NCBI GenBank assembly: GCA_022072505.1
Contig: JAJVHU010000010.1
Location: forward strand, 29,772 to 93,771
Origin: Phycisphaerae bacterium
GTDB lineage: Bacteria; Planctomycetota; Phycisphaerae; UBA1845
Reading direction: 5' to 3'
Length of the DNA: 64,000 bases
How positions within the stretch are numbered: the first letter of the stretch is position 1; each line of letters opens with the position of its first letter. Below are positions 17,396 through 26,587 of this stretch, piece after piece. The notes under the pieces were generated by a model. It had not been told where the DNA came from, did no database searches, and was given only the letters and a program-made list of their open reading frames with translations. Position numbers and translations under genes: made by a program.

Positions 17396-17442
17396 ACGCT
17401 GTTTCTTAACCGAGCCGCGCCCGTGAGGAAGCGTTCTTTTTT
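17396..17442 (+). terminator. 43-nt conserved hairpin element, copy B, followed by a T tract (plus-strand intrinsic-terminator-like)
   Basis: ACGCTGTTTCTTA..loop..TGAGGAAGCGT followed by TCTTTTTTG. The T tract is present only on the plus strand, while the flanking genes are on the minus strand. Confidence 0.4.
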
Positions 17443-17478
17443 GACGGTTCTCCGGAGGTTTTGAAAGCGCGTGTCAGC

Positions 17479-17907
17479 CTACCCCCCGGCCAACGCTCGG
17501 CGCAAGGATTCCGCCAGACGATCCGCCTCGCCCGGCTGATACCCCCGGACATTCCACCGAAACCCCAGCCCGTCGCCGGCTGAACGCGGGATCAGGTGGA
17601 TATGCAGGTGCGGCACGACCTGCCCGGCGTCGGGGCCGTTGTTGATAAGCACGTTGAAGCCCGTCGCGCCTGTGACCCGAATCAACGCCGATCCAAGCCG
17701 GGGAAGCACGGAGGCAACCTCCCCGACAAGCTCTCCCGGCATCCCGTCCAGCGTCGGATAATGCGGGGTGGGCACAACGAGGGTATGCCCCGGCGCCAGG
17801 GGCTGAATGTCCAGAAAGGCAAGACAGGCGTCGCCGCGATGAACGATCGTCGCCGGGATCTCGCCGCGGATGATCCGGCAGAACACGCAGTTCGGTTCAC
17901 TGGACAT
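17479..17907 (-). CDS. HIT-family (histidine triad) nucleotide hydrolase
   Basis: Internal ATG gives MSSEPNCVFCRII. Histidine triad VVPHLHIHLIPR. Confidence 0.88.
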   Translation of the reverse strand: MSSEPNCVFCRIIRGEIPATIVHRGDACLAFLDIQPLAPGHTLVVPTPHYPTLDGMPGELVGEVASVLPRLGSALIRVTGATGFNVLINNGPDAGQVVPHLHIHLIPRSAGDGLGFRWNVRGYQPGEADRLAESLRRALAGG

Positions 17908-17973
17908 GAGCGCGCCGCCTCCCGCGGGCGTCCCCGCGCACGCAGCCGCCGTCGCCCGCGCCAAGACGGCCCG

Positions 17974-18615
17974 TCAGGACTCCGACTTCGCCGATGCCTT
18001 CAATGCCTTCGCCGCCGCCGAGTACCGCGCGTTCGTTCGCCGCTTCCGGGCGCTGGGCTTCGGTTTCGCCAGCGACCCCGCCGATTGCTCCGACCCGACA
18101 AACTGAAGAACCGCAAGCTGGCTGTGATCCCCCACCCGCCGGTCAGGAAGAGGAATCACCCGCGTATATCCGCCCGGACGATCGACGAACTTCGGCGCGA
18201 CGACTTCGATCAGCCGGTGCAGGACCGTCTCGCCCGTGAACGTCAGACGCCCCTTCGGCTCGCCCGTCCGGTAGCGCCGACCGCTGGCGGAGCGCAGCGT
18301 CGCCTCCCGGTTCGCGTCGCTCATGTTCTCGTAGTCCGCGCGATGCGCGGCCGGAATGATCGACCGGTCGGAAAGGTGCTTGTGAAGCTGCCGCCGCGCC
18401 CGCAGCCCCGCCACCGCGTCCTTCTTCTTCGCCGACAGATGAACCCGCTTCGCCAGCGTGACCATCTTCTCCACGAAAGGCCGCAGATCCTTCGCCTTGG
18501 TGATCGTCGTGCGGATCTGTCCGTGCTCGACGAGGTTCTGCACGAGGTTCCGGCGCAACGCCAGACGATGCTCTTTCGTGCGATTCAGCTTACGATGTGC
18601 TACCCGATGCCTCAT
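17974..18615 (-). CDS. rplQ: 50S ribosomal protein L17 with an Ala/Lys-rich C-terminal tail
   Basis: MRHRVAHRKLNRTKEHRLALRRNLV from the ATG at 18615. The track start at 18771 lies in a repeat-rich spacer. Position is downstream of rpoA. Confidence 0.9.
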   Translation of the reverse strand: MRHRVAHRKLNRTKEHRLALRRNLVQNLVEHGQIRTTITKAKDLRPFVEKMVTLAKRVHLSAKKKDAVAGLRARRQLHKHLSDRSIIPAAHRADYENMSDANREATLRSASGRRYRTGEPKGRLTFTGETVLHRLIEVVAPKFVDRPGGYTRVIPLPDRRVGDHSQLAVLQFVGSEQSAGSLAKPKPSARKRRTNARYSAAAKALKASAKSES

Positions 18616-18686
18616 ATCCGTCCGTCCTCGTCTGCCCGATCCCCACCCGACCGACCTCAATCCCCACCCGACCGACCCCGACCGCC

Positions 18687-18710
18687 CCGCGCCCGTCAGG
18701 AAGCGTTCTT
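18687..18710. repeat. Partial (3' half) copy of the 43-nt element
   Basis: CCGCGCCCGTCAGGAAGCGTTCTT matches positions 20-43 of the element with one mismatch. Confidence 0.6.
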
Positions 18711-18828
18711 TCACACTCGCCTTCAACCGCCCCGCGCCCGCCTGTCCTTGAACGTTGCGAAGCAAGGTCAAGCGTCAGCAAGCGGATTTGAGATGGATGA
18801 TTTCGGTTTTGCCCGCCACGCCGGAATT

Positions 18829-18870
18829 CACATCCGACATCTCACATCCGACATCTCACATCCGACATCC
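18829..18870. repeat. Tandem 14-bp repeat x3 (CACATCCGACATCT)
   Basis: Units at 18829-18842, 18843-18856 and 18857-18870, in the rpoA-rplQ spacer. Nearby, TCCCCACCCGACCGACC occurs twice (18640 and 18661). Confidence 0.85.
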
Positions 18871-18897
18871 AACCTGTCCCGATCCGCACTTCCGGGA

Positions 18898-19995
18898 TCA
18901 CCCTTCCGTCATCGTCATGTCCCGCAGCGGCATGTGCGCCGTCGGCAACCGGCTCATCATCGGCTCGGAGAAGCCCGGCGCCGTGCTCGCCGCCGCCGCC
19001 GGCTCCACTTGTCCCAGTTTCATCCCCAGCGTCAACCCCAGCTCCGCCAGCCGCTTCTTGACCTCCGTCAGCGACGTCTTCCCGAAACTGCGAAGGTTCA
19101 GCAGATCCGTCTCCGTCATCTGCACAAGCTGACCGATCGACGTCACCCGCGCCGAGTCAAGGCAATTCCCCGACCGCGCCGAAAGCTCCAGCGCCGATAT
19201 CGGTCTCGCCAGCAACTCCTGAAGCTCCGATCCGCCGCCGTCCGCCCCGACGATCGCCCGCCGCATCGCGCTGATCGACTCCGAACCCGGGTCCGCGTAC
19301 TGCACGAAGGGGTTCAGGTGCTTGCGCAGAATCTTCGCCGCCTCCACGATCGCGTCGTCCGGCGTCGTCGTCCCCCGCGTCCAGATCTCCAGCACCAGCC
19401 GGTCGTAGTTCGTCAACTGCCCGACGCGCGTGTCCTCCGGCCGGTAGCGCACGCGCAGCACCGGGGAGTAGATCGAGTCCACCGGGATCGCCCCCAGCTC
19501 CGGATCCACTCCGCGGTTCTCCTCGGCCGTCACGTAACCGCGGCCCATCCCCACCTTCAACTCCATCCGGAAGCTGACGTTCGCCGTCAGCGTGCAAAGC
19601 AGGTGATCCGGATTCACGACTTCGATGCCCGTCTCCGGCTCGATGTCCTTCGCCCGAACCTCGCCCGCTTTGTTGCGCGACACTCGCAGCGTCTTGACGT
19701 CCTCTCCCAGATCCGCCTTGATCACCAGGCGCTTCACGTTCAGGATGATCTCCGTCACGTCCTCCAGCACGCCTTCCAGGCTCGTGAACTCGTGCGACGC
19801 CCCTTCGATGCGCACGCTGCGCACGGCCGCCCCCTCGAGACTCGACAACAGCACCCGCCGGATCGAGTTCCCGATCGTCGTCCCGAACCCGCGCTCGAAA
19901 GGCTCGATCAGAAACTTCCCGTATGTCTGGGTGCTGACGGCCTCGTCCTTGGTCAACCGCGTCGGCAGCTCAAACCCGCGCCACCTGATTCGCAT
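18898..19995 (-). CDS. rpoA: DNA-directed RNA polymerase alpha subunit
   Basis: GKFLIEPFERGFGTTIGNSIRRVLLSSLEGAAV in the NTD and LELSARSGNCL..IGQLV in the CTD. Alpha-operon position. Confidence 0.97.
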   Translation of the reverse strand: MRIRWRGFELPTRLTKDEAVSTQTYGKFLIEPFERGFGTTIGNSIRRVLLSSLEGAAVRSVRIEGASHEFTSLEGVLEDVTEIILNVKRLVIKADLGEDVKTLRVSRNKAGEVRAKDIEPETGIEVVNPDHLLCTLTANVSFRMELKVGMGRGYVTAEENRGVDPELGAIPVDSIYSPVLRVRYRPEDTRVGQLTNYDRLVLEIWTRGTTTPDDAIVEAAKILRKHLNPFVQYADPGSESISAMRRAIVGADGGGSELQELLARPISALELSARSGNCLDSARVTSIGQLVQMTETDLLNLRSFGKTSLTEVKKRLAELGLTLGMKLGQVEPAAAASTAPGFSEPMMSRLPTAHMPLRDMTMTEG

Positions 19996-20079
19996 CGGTC
20001 CGGACCTCCTGTGTACCCTTTTCGTCCCGCGGCGACCGCGGCCTCGTCCCGCGGCCCCGCCTCGTTCCGGCTCGAAAGA

Positions 20080-20709
20080 CTACCGGCTGCAGAACTCGAT
20101 GATGAGCTGGTCTTCCACCGGAATCTGCACGTCCTCGCGCGTCGGCAACGCCACGACGGTGCCCTCAAGATTGCCCGCGTCCAGTTGCAGCCACGCCTGC
20201 ATCGACGGAACGCCGTCCCCCAGCGTTCGCGTCACAAGCTGGCGACTGCGCTCGCTGGGCTTCACGCTGATCTTATCCCCCGCGCGCACCAGGTAGCTCG
20301 GCCGGTTCACCCGCCGGCCGTTGACGTACACGTGACCGTGCGTCACCAACTGCCGCGACGCCTTGTGCGACGCCGCGAACCCCAGCTTCCACGCCACGTT
20401 GTCCAGCCGACGCTCCAGCAGCGACAGGAGCATCTCCCCCGTGTTCGTCTTGCCCTTCTCCGCCATGCTGAAGTAGATCGTGAACTGCTTCTCCAGCACG
20501 CCGTAGTACCGCTTCACCTTCTGCTTCTCACGCAGGCGGACTCCGTAGTTCCCCGCCGCCCGGCGCCGCCACGCGTGCATGCCCGGCGGCTTGTTCCGCC
20601 ACTGCTTCTCCATCGCGCACTTCGCCGTCTCGCAACGCACGCCCTTGAGCATCAGCTTGATGCCCTCACGCCGACAAAGCCGACATACTGGTCCAATGTA
20701 TCTTGCCAT
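20080..20709 (-). CDS. rpsD: 30S ribosomal protein S4
   Basis: MARYIGPVCRLCRREGIKLMLKG. Confidence 0.96.
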   Translation of the reverse strand: MARYIGPVCRLCRREGIKLMLKGVRCETAKCAMEKQWRNKPPGMHAWRRRAAGNYGVRLREKQKVKRYYGVLEKQFTIYFSMAEKGKTNTGEMLLSLLERRLDNVAWKLGFAASHKASRQLVTHGHVYVNGRRVNRPSYLVRAGDKISVKPSERSRQLVTRTLGDGVPSMQAWLQLDAGNLEGTVVALPTREDVQIPVEDQLIIEFCSR

Positions 20710-20764
20710 CCCGGTCCTGTTTCCTCAGCGACGTTCGACCCTCGGTTCGCCCGCACCGGGCCGA

Positions 20765-21295
20765 CTACGCCATCTCCTTCGCAACAAACGTAATTTGATC
20801 AAATCCCGTCGCCAGATCCACGAACGCCGCCCCCGGCAACCGCTTCAGGTCCGACGATGCCTGGGCCCAGAAAAACAACTCAACGCTCCACTTTCGCTTC
20901 AGACACCGCTCCAGCGCCGGCAGATAATCCGCATCGCCCGCCACAAGGGCGATCGTTCCAGGCTCCGGATTGTCCTCGAGCGCATCCCGGATCGCGTTCG
21001 TCAACTCCGCGTCCACGCGCTTCTCTCTACCGGAGTAGAAACTGCGATCGAAGATGCGGGGTTCGATCCCCAAGGTCTTCAGACGGTTCCAGAGCGCGTC
21101 ATTTTGCGGTGGACGCGATCCCACGAGAACCGTCTCCGCCAGCTTCCTCTCACCCCGCACAAAGTCCAGCAGCCCCCCGTAATTGATCCGAAAACGAATC
21201 ACAAGCGGATCGTCGTAACGAAACGTCTCACGCGCGACGCGCTGCCCCTCGATGAACACGTTCGAGCTGTCCATGAAAAGGTGCAGCCCGTTCAT
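20765..21295 (-). CDS. NYN/LabA-like (PIN-fold) domain protein inserted in the alpha operon
   Basis: LFMDSSNVFIEG (first acidic motif) and IALVAGDADYLPALERCLKRKWSVELF (the sGDsDf.P motif of NYN domains). GGGAG SD 4 nt before the ATG. Only 21 nt after the rpsK stop and 55 nt before the rpsD start. Confidence 0.7.
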   Translation of the reverse strand: MNGLHLFMDSSNVFIEGQRVARETFRYDDPLVIRFRINYGGLLDFVRGERKLAETVLVGSRPPQNDALWNRLKTLGIEPRIFDRSFYSGREKRVDAELTNAIRDALEDNPEPGTIALVAGDADYLPALERCLKRKWSVELFFWAQASSDLKRLPGAAFVDLATGFDQITFVAKEMA

Positions 21296-21316
21296 GATGC
21301 TCCCGCCCGCCGACCG

Positions 21317-21703
21317 CTACACCCGCCGCCGCTTCCTCGGACGACACCCGTTGTGCGGCAGCGGCGTCACGTCCTCGATCGACTGAATCCGCAATCCCGA
21401 GCTTTGCATCGCCGTGATCGCCGACTCCCGCCCGCCGCCGGGCCCCTTCACCTTCACCTCGACTTCCGACATCCCGAACTTCCGCGCCGCGTGCGCCGCG
21501 CGTTCCGCCGCGCGCTGCGCCGCGAAAGGCGTGCTCTTACGCGTCCCCTTGAAGCCCACCGTCCCCGCCGACGACCAGCACAGCACCTCCCCCGACACGT
21601 CCGTGATCGTCACGATCGTGTTGTTGAACGTCGCCTTCACGTACGCCACCCCGCGCGATACGCTGCGCCGGACCTTCTTCTTCCCGCCTGCACGCTTAGC
21701 CAC
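21317..21703 (-). CDS. rpsK: 30S ribosomal protein S11
   Basis: [18 protein letters not shown] and [14 protein letters not shown]. Confidence 0.96.
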   Translation of the reverse strand: MAKRAGGKKKVRRSVSRGVAYVKATFNNTIVTITDVSGEVLCWSSAGTVGFKGTRKSTPFAAQRAAERAAHAARKFGMSEVEVKVKGPGGGRESAITAMQSSGLRIQSIEDVTPLPHNGCRPRKRRRV

Positions 21704-22085
21704 GACCCAGCTCCTTCACGCCCTTCTTCCCCGCCACCGTCTTCCGCGGACCCTTCCGCGTCCGCGCGTTCGTACGCGTCCGCTGACCGCGCACCGGCAG
21801 ACCCGTCCGATGGCGCAGCCCCCGGTAGCAGCGGATGTCCCGCAACCGCGCGATGTTCGACTGCACCGCCCGGCGCAACTGGCCCTCCACCTGGTAATCC
21901 CGGTCGAGAATCCCCGCGATCCGCGAGACGTCGTCCTCCGTCAGGTCTTTCGCCTTCCGCGCAGGGTCGATCCCCGCCTCCTTCAGCACCTGCTTCGCGG
22001 TGTGATGCCCCACGCCGTAAATGTACTGAAGCGAATACTCAATCCGCTTCTCCGCCGGAATGTCAACGCCCGAAATACGCGGCAC
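21696..22085 (-). CDS. rpsM: 30S ribosomal protein S13
   Basis: [26 protein letters not shown], with a GTG start. Confidence 0.96.
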   Translation of the reverse strand: MPRISGVDIPAEKRIEYSLQYIYGVGHHTAKQVLKEAGIDPARKAKDLTEDDVSRIAGILDRDYQVEGQLRRAVQSNIARLRDIRCYRGLRHRTGLPVRGQRTRTNARTRKGPRKTVAGKKGVKELGRG

Positions 22086-22101
22086 CGCGATCCTCCCTTA
22101 T

Positions 22102-22215
22102 TCAGCCCTGACGCTGCTTATGCCTCGGGTTCGTGCAGATCACCCGCACCACTCCCCGCCGCTTGATCACCTTGCAGTTCTCGCAGATGCGCCGAACGCT
22201 CGCACGCACTTTCAT
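22102..22215 (-). CDS. rpmJ: 50S ribosomal protein L36
   Basis: Hand translation gives [37 protein letters not shown] (37 aa). Purine-rich GGGAGGTGAGG lies upstream. The ORF is too short for the ORF track. Its position between map and rpsM is canonical. Confidence 0.93.
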   Translation of the reverse strand: MKVRASVRRICENCKVIKRRGVVRVICTNPRHKQRQG

Positions 22216-22238
22216 CCCGCCTCACCTCCCGTCCGACG

Positions 22239-23045
22239 CTACCAGCCCGATCCGTCCTCGCCCAGCGTCAGCACCCGGCACCCGTCCTCCGTCACCGCGA
22301 TCGTGTGCTCGTAATGCGCCGCGGGACGCCCGTCCTTCGTTCGCACCGTCCACCGGTCCCCGTCCGCGTAAGTCACCTCGTGCGTCCCGAGGTTCACCAT
22401 CGGCTCCACCGCGATCACCAGCCGCGGAACCAGCTTGAAGTCCATGTCCTTCCGCTTTCGGTCCCAGTAATTCGGTACCTTCGGCTCCTCGTGCATGCTC
22501 CGTCCGATCCCGTGACCGACGAAGTCCCGCACCACCCCCATCTTCTGCGACTCGACGTGCTTCTGAAGCAACCGGGCGATCTCGCCCCACGTCCGCCCCG
22601 GGCGGATCTCCGCGATCGCCAGCTTCAGCGCCCCGTGCGCCGTCTCCATCAAACGCCGCACGTCCGCGATCACCTCCCCCACCGCGATCGTCAGCGCCGC
22701 GTCTCCGCAATATCCCTCGAGCTGCACCCCGCAGTCCACGCTGACGATGTCGCCCTCGCACAACGGCCGCCGGTTCGGAATCCCGTGGACCACCTGCTCA
22801 TTCACGCTCGTACATAACGCCGCCGGAAACGGAAACCGCGCCTCCTTGTTCACGACCCCCTTGAACAGCGGCTTCGCCCCGGCGCCGCGGATCATCGCCT
22901 CCGCAATGTCGTTCAGATCCGCCGTCGAGACGCCGGGCCTCGTCGCCCGCCGCACCTCGTTCAGCACGCGGTTCACCAGCAAACCGGCGCGCCGCATCAA
23001 CTCCAGTTCGCGGTCGCTCTTGAGGATGATTCCGCGACGCCCCAT
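22239..23045 (-). CDS. map: Methionine aminopeptidase type I
   Basis: Internal ATG gives MGRRGIILKSDRELELMRRAG. Motifs HGIPNRRPLCEGDIVSVDCG, HEEPKVPNY and AHYEHTIAVTEDG. Confidence 0.93.
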   Translation of the reverse strand: MGRRGIILKSDRELELMRRAGLLVNRVLNEVRRATRPGVSTADLNDIAEAMIRGAGAKPLFKGVVNKEARFPFPAALCTSVNEQVVHGIPNRRPLCEGDIVSVDCGVQLEGYCGDAALTIAVGEVIADVRRLMETAHGALKLAIAEIRPGRTWGEIARLLQKHVESQKMGVVRDFVGHGIGRSMHEEPKVPNYWDRKRKDMDFKLVPRLVIAVEPMVNLGTHEVTYADGDRWTVRTKDGRPAAHYEHTIAVTEDGCRVLTLGEDGSGW

Positions 23046-23127
23046 CTCCCCGCTTTCCCGGGCGCTGGAACGCCGATCACTCCCCACCGCCGTGCCCGAC
23101 TGCCGGTCCACTCCGTCGTCGCTTTCG

Positions 23128-24498
23128 TTAAGTGTCGCGCTCGCCCCGGATCGCCCCGGCGCCCCCCAGAAAGCCCGGGTAGTTCCGCATGATCAGGTTC
23201 GCCTCGATCCGCTGAACCAGGTCCAGCGCCACGCTCACCACGATCAGCAGACCCGTGCCTCCCAGAAACGCCGACACCAGAAACGGAACCTTCAACTGCG
23301 CCGCGATGATCGTCGGGATCAGCGCGATCAGCGCCAGGAACCCCGCCCCCACGTACGTGATCCGCGCCATCACCTTGTCCAGGTAATCCGCCGTCCGCTT
23401 GCCCGGACGAAGACCCGGAATGAAGCTTCCGCCGTCCCGCAGATTGTTCGCCATGTCCTTCGGGCGGAACTGAACGCTCGTCCAGAAATACGCGAAAAAG
23501 TACACCAGCGCCACGTACGTCACAATATACGGAAACTCGCTCCCCCCGAACCAGTTCGCCAGGTTCGCAAAAACGCCCCACCCCGTCGCCGACGCCAGTC
23601 CGCTGAACAACATCGACGGAAAAATCAGCAGCGTGCTCGCGAAAATGATCGGCATCACCCCGCCGTGGTTCACCCGCAACGGGAGATACTGCCGCTGACC
23701 CCCGAACACCCGTCGCCCGCGCGTCTGCTTCGCCTGCTGGATCGGAATCCGCCGCTGTCCCTGCGTGATCAGGATCGACCCCGCCACCACCGCCACGAAC
23801 GCCACGACCAGGAAGAGTATCTTCAAGGGATCCATCTTCGTGTCATCCGCGCTGCCGATCTGCGGCGTCGCGTTGTTCCAGACGAATGCCAGCGCCGTCG
23901 GCATCCGCGACACGATCCCCGCCATGATGATCAGCGAAATCCCGTTCCCGATCCCGTACTCGTCGATCTGCTCCCCCAGCCACATCAGAAGCATCGTTCC
24001 GCTCGTCAGCGCCACGACCGACATCAGCATGTACGTGAACGACATGCCGAAGAACATCCCCTGATACGCCGGGTAAATGAAATTCTGCGTCGCCAGGTAC
24101 CGCATCCACAGCAGCCCCTGAAACAGGCACAGCGCCACCGTCGCGTAACGCTGGTACTCGTTGATCTTCCGCATCCCCGACTGTCCTTCCTTGGACAGCT
24201 TCTCCAGCGCCGGAACGAACTGCATCAGAAGCTGGAAAATGATCGACGCCGAAATATACGGCATGATCCCCAGACCGAAGATCGTGCTCTGCGACAGGTT
24301 CCCGCCCGTGAAAAGCTGGAAATACTCCGCCAGCCCCCCGAGCGCCCCCATCCCCGCCGACATCGCCTGCTGATCGACCCCCGGCACGGGAATCACGAAC
24401 CCCACCCGGTAGAGCATCAAAAGCCCCACCGTGAAGAGCAGCTTGTTCCGCAGCTCAGGAATCTTCAAAACGTTCAAAAATGCGCGAAGAATGTTCAC
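23128..24498 (-). CDS. secY: Preprotein translocase subunit SecY
   Basis: MNILRAFLNVLKIPELRNKLLFT, GIMPYISASIIFQLL, 10 TM pattern, and spc-operon position. Confidence 0.97.
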   Translation of the reverse strand: MNILRAFLNVLKIPELRNKLLFTVGLLMLYRVGFVIPVPGVDQQAMSAGMGALGGLAEYFQLFTGGNLSQSTIFGLGIMPYISASIIFQLLMQFVPALEKLSKEGQSGMRKINEYQRYATVALCLFQGLLWMRYLATQNFIYPAYQGMFFGMSFTYMLMSVVALTSGTMLLMWLGEQIDEYGIGNGISLIIMAGIVSRMPTALAFVWNNATPQIGSADDTKMDPLKILFLVVAFVAVVAGSILITQGQRRIPIQQAKQTRGRRVFGGQRQYLPLRVNHGGVMPIIFASTLLIFPSMLFSGLASATGWGVFANLANWFGGSEFPYIVTYVALVYFFAYFWTSVQFRPKDMANNLRDGGSFIPGLRPGKRTADYLDKVMARITYVGAGFLALIALIPTIIAAQLKVPFLVSAFLGGTGLLIVVSVALDLVQRIEANLIMRNYPGFLGGAGAIRGERDT

Positions 24499-24965
24499 CC
24501 GTTGTCCCCGACCGACCGAGCGATGACCTTCACGGTCCCGCCCGCCGACGCGATCTTCTGCTCAGCCGACTTGCTGAACTTCGCCGCCTCGACCGTCAGC
24601 TTCTTCTTCAACTCGCCGAACCCCAGAATCTTGATCGGGTTCCGAAGATGCCCCACCAGCCCGCTGTCCCGCAGCGACTCCGGCGTCACCGTCGCCCCGT
24701 TCTCATACCGCGCATCCAGCGTCGCCACGTTCACCACCGTGTACTCGACGCGGAATTTCGCGTTGCTGAATCCCCGCTTCGGAAACCGCCGGTGCGTCGG
24801 TATCGCCCCGCCTTCGGCCAGTCCGCGCATCTTCCACCCCGCGCGAGACCCGGCGCCTTTGTGTCCGCGACCCGCCGTCTTGCCCAGCCCGCTTCCCGGT
24901 CCGCGACCCAGACGCTTGCGCTTCACGCCCCGACCGGCCCGTTTTGTGATGTCCCCGATCTGCAT
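24495..24965 (-). CDS. rplO: 50S ribosomal protein L15
   Basis: RLGRGPGSGLGKTAGRGHKG. Confidence 0.95.
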   Translation of the reverse strand: MQIGDITKRAGRGVKRKRLGRGPGSGLGKTAGRGHKGAGSRAGWKMRGLAEGGAIPTHRRFPKRGFSNAKFRVEYTVVNVATLDARYENGATVTPESLRDSGLVGHLRNPIKILGFGELKKKLTVEAAKFSKSAEQKIASAGGTVKVIARSVGDNG

Positions 24966-24969
24966 GTCC

Positions 24970-25485
24970 TTACCCCGCCAGCTTCACGCCCCGAAGTTCT
25001 TCGATCTGCTCCCGGCTCAGAAGCCGCAACAACCCGTCCAGCGTCGCCCGGCAGAGGTTCTTCGGACTGGTCGAACCGTAGCTCTTCGTCAGCACGTCCT
25101 TGACTCCCGCCAGCTCCAGCACCGCACGAACGCTCGCACCGGCGATGACCCCCGTCCCAGGACTCGCCGGAAGCAGAACCACCCGGCTCGCTCCCGCCTG
25201 ACCCACGATCCGATGCGGAATCGTTCCGCCCAGCAGGCGGACCCGCACCATCTGCTGCGTCGCGGCCTTGCGCGCCTTCTCCACCGCGGAGGGCACTTCC
25301 GTGCTCTTGCGATACCCCAGCCCCACGCGACCCTGGCGATCCCCCACCACCACCATCGCCGCGAAGCTGAACCGCCGTCCGCCCTTCACCACCTTCGCGC
25401 AGCGGTACACGCGCACCACCTTTTCCTCGACGCCGCCCTCGCCGCCGCCTTCACCCGACCGATGTCCCTGACCCGCTTCCGCCAT
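24970..25485 (-). CDS. rpsE: 30S ribosomal protein S5
   Basis: [40 protein letters not shown]. Confidence 0.96.
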   Translation of the reverse strand: MAEAGQGHRSGEGGGEGGVEEKVVRVYRCAKVVKGGRRFSFAAMVVVGDRQGRVGLGYRKSTEVPSAVEKARKAATQQMVRVRLLGGTIPHRIVGQAGASRVVLLPASPGTGVIAGASVRAVLELAGVKDVLTKSYGSTSPKNLCRATLDGLLRLLSREQIEELRGVKLAG

Positions 25486-25578
25486 GTCTCACCTGCTGTC
25501 CGCGCTTGTCCTCGTGCGCCGCTCGCCGCGCCCCGGCTCCCCTCAAGGCGCTGATCCGTAAATACGCCGCCCTTCCCG

Positions 25579-25947
25579 TCAGAACGCCAGTCCGCCCTCG
25601 CGCGCCGCGTCCGCCAGCGCCTTCACCCGACCGTGATACTGGTATCCCGACCGATCGAAGCACACCTGCTTGATTCCCTGCGCCAGCGCCGCAGCCGCCA
25701 GTGCCTTGCCCACTTCCTTCGCCGCCGCCACGCTCCCGCCGTCCTTCAGCGAACCCCGTAGCGCCTTCGACTGCGAACTCGCCGCGCACAGCGTCTGCCC
25801 CGCTCCGTCGTCGATGACCTGGGCGTAAATATGTTTCAGGCTGCGGAACACGGTCAGTCGCGGACGCTCCCCCGTGCCCGTCACCCGTTTGCGAACGCGG
25901 ATCTTCCGCCGCTCGCGCCGTACCGTCTTGAGTTTCTGTGCGTTCAT
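25579..25947 (-). CDS. rplR: 50S ribosomal protein L18
   Basis: [20 protein letters not shown] and [20 protein letters not shown]. Confidence 0.95.
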   Translation of the reverse strand: MNAQKLKTVRRERRKIRVRKRVTGTGERPRLTVFRSLKHIYAQVIDDGAGQTLCAASSQSKALRGSLKDGGSVAAAKEVGKALAAAALAQGIKQVCFDRSGYQYHGRVKALADAAREGGLAF

Positions 25948-25993
25948 CGTCCTTCAGTTCCCCGGCACGCTTCAGTTCCCCGGCGCGCCGCCG

Positions 25994-26587
25994 CTACCCG
26001 CCCGTGACCGCCTTGCCCTGCTTGCGCTTGACCACCTCATCCTCGTAACGGATGCCTTTGCCCTTGTAAGGCTCCGCCTTGCGCAGCGCCCGCACCTCCG
26101 ACGCAAACCGCCCCACCATCTCCTTGTCGCATCCTTCCACCAGAATCTTCGCCGGTTCATTGTCGCCGCGCGCCGCCGGCGCCTCGACCGTCACCTTCAC
26201 GCCCTCCGGAACCGGCATTTCGTACTGCGCGCCCGACGCCGTCTTCCGACCCATGTATCCGATGTTCAGGCACAGCTTCTTGCCGTCCAGCTTGCAGTTG
26301 TACCCCGTCCCGTAGATCAGCAGACGCCGCTTGAACCCGTCCGTCACCCCCGTGACCATGTTCGCCAGCAGCGCCCGCGCCAGCCCGTGATTCGCACGCG
26401 ATTGCTTCTGATCATCCGTCCGGCGCACCGTCACCTGACGACCCGCCGAGTTCACGTCCACTTCGGTCCCCGTCGGCAGATTCAGCGCCAACGTCCCCTT
26501 GCTCCCCTTCACCGACACGCTCCGACCGCTGACGCTCACCGTCACCGTGGAAGGAAAAGCCACCGGTTTGCTGCCTAGCCTTGACAT
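25994..26587 (-). CDS. rplF: 50S ribosomal protein L6
   Basis: Internal ATG gives MSRLGSKPVAFPSTVTVSVSGRSVSVKGSKG. The 60 upstream codons in the track ORF overlap rpsH and were rejected. Confidence 0.93.
   Translation of the reverse strand: MSRLGSKPVAFPSTVTVSVSGRSVSVKGSKGTLALNLPTGTEVDVNSAGRQVTVRRTDDQKQSRANHGLARALLANMVTGVTDGFKRRLLIYGTGYNCKLDGKKLCLNIGYMGRKTASGAQYEMPVPEGVKVTVEAPAARGDNEPAKILVEGCDKEMVGRFASEVRALRKAEPYKGKGIRYEDEVVKRKQGKAVTGG

Noticed and set aside
16930-17409. 159-aa plus-strand ORF (..PRGFSPRDRTARPTRAASARAIEPRTR..)
   Set aside because: It is simply the translation of the REP array and CACCCGA repeats. It has no SD and a periodic low-complexity sequence.
17596-20793. 1065-aa plus-strand ORF across HIT, rplQ, rpoA and rpsD
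   Set aside because: It lies opposite conserved ribosomal and RNA polymerase genes and has Arg/Pro/His-rich low-complexity translation. The same reasoning applies to 22747-25554 (+), 8678-10918 (+), 13382-15475 (+), 14994-16889 (+), 58951-61161 (+), 5064-6500 (+), 50827-52509 (+) and 54760-56655 (+).
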